From positions 1 through 64,000 of the forward strand of contig DF237073.1 of assembly GCA_000708835.1 (NCBI GenBank): a DNA stretch of 64,000 nucleotides, given 5' to 3'. Positions 23,109 to 34,269 of this stretch are shown one piece after another (within the stretch, counting starts at the first letter, position 1; each line of letters opens with the position of its first letter). The notes under the pieces are model-generated. The model did no database searches. It was given only the letters and a program-made list of their open reading frames with translations, and had not been told where the DNA came from. This DNA is from Klebsormidium nitens (lineage: Eukaryota > Plantae > Klebsormidiophyceae). The position numbers and the translations under genes were made by a program.

Positions 23109-25418
23109 GGCGCTCTGGGTGGTGGTGTGTTCTGCTTTGAAGACTTTGAAGATCAAGGAGGAGGCTCACATTATCCACCTGCATACGCGGACCGCTTGGA
23201 CCGGATATCCACTTAAGGCCACCCGAAGGTTAAGCAGACCGAATATGAAAACTGTGGGTTTAAATAATACTGGAATGTAGCTGCGTACCTTTGAAATTGA
23301 ACTGGTTTGTTAACCAACGTATAAGCAGAAAATCAAAGCAAGCATACGACAATCTATCACAGATTCTCGTCCAAAAGAATAGCAGGACCTGACTCTGACT
23401 CTGGCAGAGGTTGCAGAATCAGATTTACATCAAAACTGAGAAAGAAGCCACCCTTTTCACGCATCACGGGGTGGTGATATACTTCGCTTGCATTTCAGCT
23501 CAGAAGGAACGGGTCTCTAAATTCAGCAGCTGGACGTACAGATGCAAGCGGAGGCGCCCACATTCCGGCCGGTGAGGAACGACGCATTGCCGGGTTGCAG
23601 CTTTCACTGCATTGTTTCTGCAATTGTTTGCTCATAAAACAGGGATCTCAAAGTGCGTCACTCTGTTTACCTCCACTGCAACGCAGCATTGCGTTTCACA
23701 TTTGGCCTCAGTACCAGAAAATGATGACTTGGAGCTTCGTCTTCGCTTTGGAAGTTGTTGTTGTCTTTGGAAAGAGAAGCCCGTTCGAAAAACAAGGTCT
23801 TGAAGTGTCAGACAGAGACTTCAGCATTTCTACCACTGGTGGCATGCTTATTTGCGCGCACGTGTGGATGCAGGACGTGCTACATGAGCTCTTCAAACTG
23901 GTCTGGGAAGAAACTGCAAAGGGTGAGAAACTTCTGGCCAGCAACTGATGTTTGCCACTCAAGCACGTCATTTGATTGCCCCGCAACTCGTAGTTCCATC
24001 AATAGCTGATAAGGTTGCCATGGAAGAAAGACACCAGGGAGACTATGTCAGTGAAGCAATGTGAGATGAAACTCAGGTCTGATTCTAGTCATGGAGTGCC
24101 TCAGAATATGGAGGTCCTTCTTTCGCCTTTCCAATAAGCATTAGTTTCTGTCCTGCCATCAGAAGTAGAGGAAGCGGAGGGTGCGCCAGGAGAGGAGACC
24201 CCGGCCGCCGCGGACATTTCCAAGAAGAAGAGAAACACTACAGGCAAGGCCGTGCGAAATCCTTAGCCCTTATAACTCCCCCTTTTTTGCCCTACTACTT
24301 TGTAGGTTGTTAGTCTTACAAGTACCTCCAGTGTTGACGCTGTCACCGTCTCCTCAAGCTCTGAGTTGAAATCTGTTGCATGGACCCTGTGCGATTGGTA
24401 CCAGCTCAGCCGTTGATAGCTCACAGGGGTGGGGTAAGAATTGGGGGCTAAAGCTTTGTTAAAGGGTTCGAGCAGAATGGTCGACAGTGCAAAGCTTTAC
24501 GTTACAGGTTCTTAAAAGCACATTTATTGGAACTCATTTGAGATGCCTCGGTGATCTCAAGCCAATCAGTCTGACCATGCAGCAAACGCACACGCACTCC
24601 GACTGAGCTGCGAGCTCTTGAGGCTGCTCATTGCCGGTGAGGAACTCTTCCTTTCACTGTCGGCACTCACTTGTCGCCGGTTTGGGTTTCAGACTGTGCC
24701 ATCTTTCAGCGTTTTTGCATAGAGGATTCACCGAATAAGTTGGTCGTTCTAGCTGAGTTCTGCTCAAGGGACCTGGCTCTCTGCCAAACAAACAGTGATG
24801 TGAGAGGAGTGGAACTCGTCGGTAAAAGCAAGGTCCTCTCAAAGCCAGCCGTTTACAATCGTTTCACCCATGACGATGACTTATTGTGCCAGAGCCCTCC
24901 TACTCTGCTCAAATGAGTCGTCCTTAGTTAGTCGGTAGGATACAACTTCGGGTTAATTGGGCAACTTTAGAAGGAAGTCGTCATCTTTCCCTTCACTCTG
25001 TTGAAGAGATTGGGAGGGGCACAGATTAGACCACTTAGACCTTAAAGCGCCACAGTGACGTGTTCTGTTCACCAATTGCAGAAGCGGTGGGGAGGGCGGC
25101 CCTGGTTGCGGAAGCCGAGGGACAAGATTGCATCGAAGGCAGCCACCTCGAGCGCATCTTACCACAGCTGCTTCTAGACTTCTGAGCCCCCACTCTCCAC
25201 TGAGGCCGTCTCCAGCAGCAGCTACCAATCCTGGGGCTTCACGTATTGTTGGATAACACGCCCTCTTCCGGGTTCAGAGCAGGTGGTCGTTGACGCATTG
25301 ATCGATGATAGAAGATACTGTGCAACTAACGTTGGGGCCGAAGTGAAGTTGCGGGGGAGACAACTAGAGAGACGATGTCGAGCAGTCGGCGCTTATGTCA
25401 TAAGAGCAGTCCCTGAGC

Positions 25419-28108
25419 ATGACGTCCCCCCGGTCGGTCACCGTAAAAGAAGGCGACAACTTGTGGCGCATCGCCGAGGACCTCGGCGTCAGCTGGGACG
25501 CACTGCGGAAGGCCAACGCTGACGTCACTCATGACGTCATCCAGCCTGGCACCGTCCTCCGAATCCCCCAGCCTCCGCCCCTGGACCCCCCTGAAGCCGT
25601 CGAGGTCGGGGAGGGGGATAGCTTATGGACGATCGGGCAGCGGTGGGGGGTGGACTGGCAGCAGCTGAAGCGGGCGAACGAGCTCGAGGATGACGTCATC
25701 ATGCCGGGCGAGGTGCTGCGGATACCGAGGGGGGAGGGGGGCGTGCGCGGGTGGGTCCAGCGGGCGGTGAAGCGGATAGCGGGCCAGCGGACCAAGCCGG
25801 TGACGGTGCGGGAGGGGGACACCGCGTGGGACATCGCGGCGCGCTTCGGGATCACCGTCACAAAGCTGCAGGTAGTTGTTTCAGAATTCAGGGTTTCATA
25901 GTTGCAGGAAATGAATCGCTCAGCATACCGGGTCTGCGGAGGTTCGTGGGGGTCACGTGCTCATTGAAAAGTAAAGGAGGTGCTTCATAGACTTTTTGAA
26001 ACTCGTTCCCGTCGTGGGTACTTCTGTCTTGTACATGGCAACCGCAGACCGCACATATTTTCTTGCCGATCTTCCGTTGACCCTTTTCGAAAACACACTG
26101 CTGGTCGGAGGCTCTCAGCCGAGGTCCTGAGAATCGCATTTTCTTGCAACCGTAGGCCTTGCCTCGTTTGTGGGGAAGGAAAGAACAGCAAAATATAGAT
26201 CTACTTTGACGAGAGAAACAGTCCTCCCGTGTTCCTTTGCGCAGGCCCTGAACCACGGGCTGTCGCTGGACGCCATCTTCCCGGGAGACGTGGTCCTGGT
26301 GCCTCACTCCGCGCTCGATCGCGCCCAATGTTTCCTGGGGCTCGCCCCGCGCCTCGGGCCACTTCAGCGCGCCGATCCAGACAACCCGGCGTCACCCTTC
26401 GTCTTGGCAGGCCCCCTTCACAGCAGCGAAGAAGGTACGTTCACCAAGGGGGGCTGCACACAACGATGAGGAGGAGCAAGGGACGGTTGCATGCTATTGG
26501 CTGACGCAAACTTTAATCCGTGAGCTGCGCCAGAGTCCCCACTGCCGTGAAAGTTTGGATTCAACGGATGTCGCGTTGACGTGATGCGGGTACGATCGTT
26601 GATGCAAATTCTCGTCCGATCCAAAACGTGCTCACTCCGTCTGCTTTGCATTCGTCAATGCCTTATTTGACCCTCAACTCCAATTTTGACATTAGCTTGG
26701 CCGGCGCCTCCTTTCGATGTAAGAAGCAGCGTCACCGCTGGTTCTTACACCTCGCTGGCGCTGCGCTGTGCAGCCATCGCTCGGATGCGGCAGCGGCACC
26801 GCAAGTTGCTCAACGGCATCCGGCACGTCGAGAGCAGCTTCCTCATGCCGGCGCCCGTTGGTGACGACGGCTTTAGCATCGGACCGCTGCAAATAAGGTA
26901 AAGCTCTCAATTGGATGGACAGGGATTTCCTCCTTGGTTGCCGATGACCGTGTGATGGCTTTCCGGTTTGGTAAAGTGCGTGCTGTGTTTCCCACCGAAA
27001 GTGATTCTGGGAGCGGGAGTAGCGAACTGGAAGGTTTGGGAGAGCGAGCTTGGCTCATGTAGCGGCCGTCAGCCGTAGAGCTAGGAGAAAGCATTCCGCC
27101 AGTCCCATTTTCGACTATCTTGGCGGCGGTGAGACTGTTCAAATCGCCATTGAGGGGTCGCAGCCCACTTCCAAGTCCTCCGAAAGAGGTTCGAGGGAGG
27201 TTCTTGGCAGAGGGTAAGAGAACATAGATTGCGTAGCAGGCGTTTCCTAGAGCGTTCCATTGTGCTTTTTGACAGAAACCCCGTCATAGCCCCGACGCTT
27301 TCTGTTTCCCAGCAAGGAGTACCACATGGACGCGTGGTGGCTGGAGCAACTAGACGCGGCGCACTATGCGCGCGTGGACGAGGTGGAGCACGCGGAGGCG
27401 ACGGCCATCCAGTACTGGCTGCGCTACTGCCCGTGGGCGCTCGACTTCGGGGACTACCAGACGCTCGCGCGCATCCACAATGGGGGGCCCGCCTTCTACG
27501 AGAACCTCAAGACCACCAACTACTGGTGAGCACTATGTATAACGCGATTTGAATGGGATACGAATATCGTAAAAAGTCGGCTGTCTGGAGAAGCTGCAGA
27601 AGGGGGAAAGGGAGTTAAATCTTGCGGCGCGCGAGCCTCAGTCCGAGCAAGCGTTGCAGGCGCCTCCGGGCTTCGTCGCTTACGTTGTTCGTCCTTGAAT
27701 CAACTGGCGCTTCAATAGAATTTGAGATACGCTCCCTGCGTGGCGCAATCAAATTCGTGCAAAGTCGTTGACGTTGCACGTCATGTGTTTGAGGTGTTTC
27801 TTCGTAAAGCCGGAGCGGGTGATACTTGGCACTCTTCGGTACCTCGAGCGAACGTTCAACGGCCGTCGATCCGCTTGCCAACTGTAAGCACGTCCATGTC
27901 TCGCAGGCGGCGGGTGCAGAGCGGGCTTAGAAAGTACGGCTATCGGGAGCGGCCCAAGTTCTACGACTTTCTGCACGAGCCGGCGTCGCCCGACCGCAGA
28001 GCGAAGCAGCTGCGCCTCGAGGCGCCTCTTCTGGGGCTTGTCCTCTCGCCCCTCCTGCGGCGGCCCAAGAAGACGGACGAGCAACAAGGCCCACAGGGGG
28101 GATCTTGA
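25419..28108 (+). CDS. Three LysM domains plus a C-terminal lysozyme-like (i-type/lytic transglycosylase-like) domain
   Basis: Exons 25419-25871, 26245-26434, 26696-26897, 27313-27525 and 27907-28108 have GT-AG boundaries and matching phases. LysM repeats: VTVKEGDNLWRIA..., VEVGEGDSLWTIG..., VTVREGDTAWDIA...IFPGDVVLVP. Catalytic-like region: LLNGIRHVESS...PVGDDGFSIGPLQISKEYHMDAW...YWLRYCP...YQTLARIHNGGP...TTNYWRRVQSGL. The 5' end may be incomplete, because a possible acceptor lies just before the ATG. Confidence 0.88.
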
Positions 28109-29579
28109 GTTGCAAGAGCCTGGGTGTTTTGAAATGTTTTGAAAGTGGACGACTCTGGCGGTAAAAGTCAAAAGAAAAGTTTGAGTGCGTCGTGTGTAGC
28201 TTTTCTGGGTGATTCTTATCTTATCTTATCTGGATGTAAGGATGGTGGTCAAGACAGGGTCGCAAAGATCCGGGATCACGTCTGACATTTTGCAATCCGG
28301 TGTCCATGAAGCGACTTGAGGCAGTAGTGGGGCGTTACTTGCCCTTTAGTGGAGGTCGGCCAAAAGAGTCCATTTCCGACTTCATCGCTGAGGAATGTTG
28401 TCTTAAAAGGTTTGGAGCTGTAAACTCTATGTAACGGCATCATTTCTGCACAAGCAATACGCAAATGGATACCGCTCATATGTGACCGGTGTCTAGCAGG
28501 GTCGCCGGAGGGAAAGCCTATTTGATGACTACCTAGCACCACGTGGCGGACACGGTTAACCATTGTAATATGCAGCATTTGTGATTCTGCGTATGTGATC
28601 GAGCCAAATTACTTAAAAAAACGCCACTCCTGGCCTCTTCTATTTTGAATTCTGATTGAACCGGAAATCTATTGCACATTTGGATGCTTACTAATTATGT
28701 TATGCATGAATTTACCATCAAGTTCAATCATATGCTGTTGACATCCCCTAGGTTGGACTAGATTAGCTAGGCTTAGCGCACGCTCAAATTCGATAAGGTA
28801 GCTAGGCGCTCGGAACTCAAACATTGATTCTTATCTATGCCATGGAAGCCTATGGCCCGTGTGGCTACGGCGTTTGAAAAGAGAACATCATGCATGCTAC
28901 TTAACGGCAGCATGATTAGATGCATACATGGGCTATAGGCTCACGACTGTGTAAATGTTTTTCTAATATATATACATTGCACTGCATAATATACGTACAT
29001 GTCACGGTTCTGTGTGCGTTGTCCATGATACAGGGAAGGACCGCAACCACTAAATTTGACAATCCAGCATGGATACAACTAACGGCAGCACGCCAGCTAC
29101 TGGTCACGGTCCTACGCCTCTGAAATTCTAGCAACGTGCAGCTAAAGAATCGTGCCACGATTCGCACCGCTTGTCCTGCGATTTGACGCTTGCTGTGCCT
29201 ATACCTGTGCCTGTGGTTTTCGCAAAAGACAAACCCTTCACCTTGAACCATCGGAGCCACGTATTGTCAACCTTATGGTCGGTCTGACTAGCCTGGCGTC
29301 GAGCTTTTACAAAGCGGTGCATATGCGACTGCCCCTTAAGGATTGCAGAGGAGATCCCGGTTCCCCCGCAACTCAAAAACCACACCTCGCCAGACTCTTT
29401 CACTAAGGCAGGGCCCTTCAGAAAAGACCATCCCCCCACGTGGCTCTCTGGCGACACCCAGTCCCTGAACCGTAACTAAGAGTCGCCTGCGGACTTTATA
29501 GCACGTGGCTTCGTAAGCAAACCTCAGAGCGGAGCCTCAGCAGATTGGTCGTTCTGGGACCGGTTCCCCGACGCCCTCT

Positions 29580-32500
29580 TCAGGGCCCAGCCCCCCCTGA
29601 TTGCGGCGGCCAGTCCAAAAACTTCCTGCCCACCAATGATGGAGGCATGTACTCTTGCTCCGGCTCCTCCGCTTGACCGGGCGGGTAAATGTAACCCTTG
29701 CCGTAACCCAGTTGCCTCATGAGCCGGGTGGGGGCGTTGCGCAAGTGGAGAGGTACCGGCTCGTTCTGCCCGGTTGATGCCACCGCCTCCTGGGCGGCCT
29801 GTATGGCGCGGTAGCAGGCGACGGACTTGGGCGCCAGCGCGAGGTAGGCGACGCACTGCGCCAGGCACACGTCGCACTCGGGCATACCTAAGAAAAGGAA
29901 CAAATGGTTAGAGTCCCCATGGAGTCTGGTCATGGTAGAGATCGGAAGGATATCCAAAAGACAACGAAGGCGACAGGAAGGAAATAAGCAGCGGTGTGTG
30001 TGCGGATCGCACCGCGTACATGTATCCGTGGCAACATTGGAATCTGCACACAGTTCTAGGTCTCGAAATGAGGTGAGCCCAACCAGCGATACTAAATACG
30101 AGCTTCATATTGAAGACAACAGCCACGAAAGAAGGAGAGTATGAAGCGTATTATGAAAAGAAACAATCCGACTTCGAAACAAACAATACCACCAAACAGC
30201 ACTAGGGCGAGATGACAGAACAATGCACGGAAGATAGCGAAGTTGAGGTCTGACGTCGGGACCTGGTTAATTCAGTGGCTTTGAATCGCAGATATCCAGT
30301 GCTCGCAAGTAGCCTCTCCGCGTCAAGTGCAAGCCCATCTGGGCTCCATACGACGAAGTCGTAGCAGCCCAAGTTTGGTCGCCACACGCGTATGATAGAG
30401 CTCATTTGCGCTCACCGAGAAAGTGGCACGCCTGGTACGCCGCGACCGCCTGCGGCAGCGCGTTCGGGTCCGCCAGCCCGACGTCCTCGCTCGCAAACCG
30501 TACCAGCCGCCGCGCGACGTACAGCGGCCCCTCGCCCCCCCGCAGCATGCGCGCCAGCCAGTAGAGCGCCGCGTCTGCGTCCCCCCCCCGCATCGACTTG
30601 TGCAGCGCGCTTATGACGTTGTAGTGCTCCTCGCCCGTCTTGTCGTACAGCACGTGCGACCGCTGCAGCGCCTCGCTGACGTCAGCGAGGCTGATCACCA
30701 CGGGGCCGCCGACGTCAGCTTTCCGGGGAGACGAGTCGGTGGCACGCTGGGGGCCACTTTCCCCGGGCTTTTCCTCCCCCCCGCCGAGGCTCGACTTCCG
30801 CAGCGGCTCCGAGCTCGCTCGCCCCGACGGCGGGACCCCTTCTGCGTCCCAATGCTGCCACGGAAACTCCGCTCCTTCCACCGGACTCCCGAACGGACCG
30901 TCCGTCAAACCCGCCGAGACTTTCGACGGTAAAGCCCCCCGGCCGGACGGGGAGACGGGAGAGGCCGATTCCGGCCCGCTCGAGGCTCCCGCAATCTCGC
31001 TTAACGGCCCAGCCTCTCGCCTCCGCCCTCCCACTTGCGACGCCCTCTCGAGCGCCGCCCCTGCGGCCATCTCGAGCGCGTTCAATGCCGCCCGAGCATC
31101 TCCGTCTGCGGCTCCCGCTAAGAAGTCGATCGCTGCCTCCTCTGCCGCGAACCGCGGCTTCTTCTCCGGAACGTCGCCGCTCGTGGGCGCGGAGGGCCCT
31201 GTTTCGGGGGCGCGTTGCAGGGACTCCAGGCTGGCCAGGCCCCGCGCCTCGTCCGACAGGGCCCTCTGCAGGACGGCCTTGATGTGCTCCGGCTGGAGCT
31301 TGCTGAGCGTGAAGACGCGGCACCGCGAGAGGAGCGCCGCGTTGAGCTCGAAGGAGGGATTCTCGGTGGTGGCGCCGATGAGGGTCACGTCGCCCGCCTC
31401 GACAGCGGGCAGAAAAGCGTCCTGTAGGGGGAAAGACGGGGTTAAGTGGTGGCGCTTTGCTGATGGTGAGGACTCGTCCTCGGTTGTTCAGAGTGGGCGA
31501 ACCAACCGCCTTCGAACTTCAAGGGGGCCTCTGTTGGTGGGAGTGCTAGCATCAGGTGAGTGAGTATGTGAAGTTTGACAGCAGGTCGACCAAGTTCTCG
31601 ACCACATCGAGACGATAGCAGGCCGAGGTATGTGGGCTCATTTGAGGAGCAAGCCCAGCAATTTTAGAGCCGCTATTCAGAGGCCAGCTTTGCAGGTGAC
31701 TACTATACACATCAAGAAAGACAAGATTGAACAAACGAGATTACCACCAATGAAAAGGGAGATATTACGACACTTTGGAACAAAACTAGCATCAAGATAT
31801 ATCCGTAAACATCCTGTATCTCTATCCTTATCCTTAAACCTGCCCGGATGGCCTTTCCGAACGCTACCACGACTGCGTCTCGAAAAATCTCCAGAGTATG
31901 AACCGAACCTTTTATTGTACGGGAAACATGTTTTGGAGCAATCACGAAGCAATCAAGACGATCTGGAGCCAAGCAGATGGCCCCACCTGTTGGCTCTTAT
32001 TGAATCGGTGCGTCTCGTCCACAAACAGCAGTGTGCGCTGGCCCATCCGCCGCGCGTTCTTCGCCGCCTCCAGCACTTCCCTTACTTCCTTCACACCTGC
32101 CGTCACGGCCGACAGCTGTACAAACCTGCTCGAAACCTGTCTGGCAATAACCCTCGCCAGCGTCGTCTTCCCGCTCCCCGGGGGCCCCCAGAAGATCATC
32201 GACGGGACGGCGTTGCTCACGATCAAGCTCCGGAGCATCGTCCCCGGACCCACGAGCTGCTCCTGCCCCACCAGATCGTCCAGAGTCTGCGGCCGCAGTC
32301 TCTCTGCCAGGGGGGTGAACTTTGCCTGCTTCTTCGGGGGGGTCACGAGGCCCTCGAGCGGCGCGAGCTTCGCCGGGGGGGGTTCCAACCGCTGGAGTTT
32401 TGCCGGCCGCCCCTCTGCTTCAGCCCCCCGCCGCGCCCAAAGGGACGCCTTTCCCCTATCGTCTGGGTCCGCCGAGGCCGCTCGTTTCGCAACTGGGGGG

Positions 32501-32847
32501 TTGAAGAACTGGTTGACTGTCGTCTGTTTCGTGGGCTCGAGGCCCCCCGCTTTTGTACCACCCGCACCGCGCTCTCCCAGGAGCCAGTCCGCCGCCTTCT
32601 CGGCGGAGCCCCCGCCGGTGGCTTGGAGCGCATCCTCTGCCGCTTTCACATCGAAGCCCATGTCGAGAAGCTGGGAGATGAGCAGCAGGTTGCGCGCCCG
32701 CCCCAGGATCTGCGCATTGCCGTCGGCGGCGGGGCCACCACCATTACCGATGACGGTCATAGACCCGGCAGCTTCGCCAATAAGCGGCCGCGGCTTATTC
32801 TGCTCAGAAGCGGGCGCCGCTTCCGAGCCACTGCCTGTGCCCTCCAT
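29580..32847 (-). CDS. WRNIP1: MgsA/RarA/WRNIP1 AAA+ ATPase with an N-terminal UBA domain
   Basis: Exons 32847-31987, 31421-30416 and 29887-29580. Motifs: [20 protein letters not shown]; Walker [10 protein letters not shown]; Walker [20 protein letters not shown]; [24 protein letters not shown]; [28 protein letters not shown]; [26 protein letters not shown]. Confidence 0.95.
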
Positions 32848-33018
32848 TCCTTGATCGAATCATTTGCAGATGCGCGAACAAGGTAGATCTACTGACAAAG
32901 AGCACTTCATTTTACCACGGCTAGTTATTGACACTTTCCCCATTGGACAACGAGCGCCTATCCTTCAGAAACTAGAGAGTTAACCCGGTCTGCTAGTCTG
33001 CACACACCCTACGCCTGC

Positions 33019-33618
33019 TCAGATCGTCCGCCCCCTCAACTCCGCCAGCAGTGAATGCCCCTCCACCTGCAAAGCCGCCGTACCACCGCTCTCAAAACAC
33101 GCGGCGGGCGCCTGCCACCCCTCCGCCCCCAGTACCGCCCCCTCCTCAAACCTCAAAATGTGGAACTCTGCCCCTGAGCCCAAAAACTGCCAGAAAACCG
33201 GTCGCCCCGTCTTCACATCCGCGTAGTACGTTATGAACTCCGCTTTCGTCCACACGTCGCACGCAAAGCCGTCCTTCTCGCGCCTGCCCACGTACTGCCC
33301 CCCGCTCAGCCAGTCCGGGCGCAGGATACCCACGTCAAAGTGGAGCATGCGGCAGCCCCCGCCCTGATCGGAGAAGAAGAAGCTCGTCCCGTTTGTCCAC
33401 TCGATGTCATAAGTGGTGGATCCGAGCTGGCGGTGGATGATGTTAGCGTTGCGCCCCCCGGGGAAGTCGTACCACAGGTCGGTCAGCGCCAGGTGTCCGC
33501 TGCGGTTCTGGAGGCAGACCGCGTGGAACTGGTCGGGCCAGACCGGCGGAGGGGGCGCGGTGGCAAAGCTGAGGGTAATGAGAGAGAGGGCAAGGGCTAA
33601 GAGGGCGAGGATGAGCAT
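33019..33618 (-). CDS. Secreted At4g14100-like protein (ependymin-related/LolA-like fold), intronless
   Basis: 199-aa ORF with a signal peptide (MLILALLALALSLITLSFA), then PPVWPDQFH...LWYDFPGGRNANII...YDIEWTNGTSFFF...CR...VGILRPDWL...CDVWTKAEFITYY...WQAPAACF. This matches my recollection of the plant At4g14100 family. Confidence 0.85.
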   Translation of the reverse strand: MLILALLALALSLITLSFATAPPPPVWPDQFHAVCLQNRSGHLALTDLWYDFPGGRNANIIHRQLGSTTYDIEWTNGTSFFFSDQGGGCRMLHFDVGILRPDWLSGGQYVGRREKDGFACDVWTKAEFITYYADVKTGRPVFWQFLGSGAEFHILRFEEGAVLGAEGWQAPAACFESGGTAALQVEGHSLLAELRGRTI

Positions 33619-34269
33619 CGTGCTGAGAAAGGGCGCCTTATTACATTGGAGGGAATCTTCGAAGCCTTGTCATTTTCTGCGACGTGCGCTTGCACACTGA
33701 TGCATTGCAATTTGCAGGGGCATACCGGGCACGTTTGTGCACTTTGAAGCTCGGCGACCCGGACGGCGGCAGCGTACATGGTCGGTCGCCGCAAGGATGA
33801 CTAATCAGAAAGCCTCTCAGCGACCATGTAATCAATGATTTGCGTGTTTGTGGTCGCCGAGAAGTGGCTGACCAGCGCCAACTTCGACTTTTGCCATGTG
33901 CAGCCACATCCATATCCATTCTAGGGTTTGTCGCCCTGCAGCTGCTATACAAGCTCGAGGGTTTAGGCTCAGCGTAACTAGAGCTAGCGACGCTTTCCTC
34001 CCCCTTTCTTCATTGCAACTTCATATTCCATGCAAGTAAGTATCTGCACAGCACTTGCTATTAGTGCTATCGTTGATCTTCCATGCCGTCTCCAATGTAA
34101 ACGTGGGCTAGCTTCCGGCTGCCAGGCCATGAAGCTGCTATTTTGGGAGGTTGGGGAGGATCTTCTTACTGCCTGCTTGTTGCATTCTCAAAGTGCAAGG
34201 TAATGTTGATGTGGTCAAGATGGAGTGATCAAGCAGAGGGTTACTTAGCCTTCCTGGGTGTTGACAAGA

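Noticed and set aside
23595-24009. Protein-like plus-strand ORF between divergent genes
   Set aside because: No reliable start, splice partners or homology.
30640-32886. Long plus-strand ORFs (307, 318 and 418 aa)
   Set aside because: They are antisense shadows of the high-GC MgsA coding exons.
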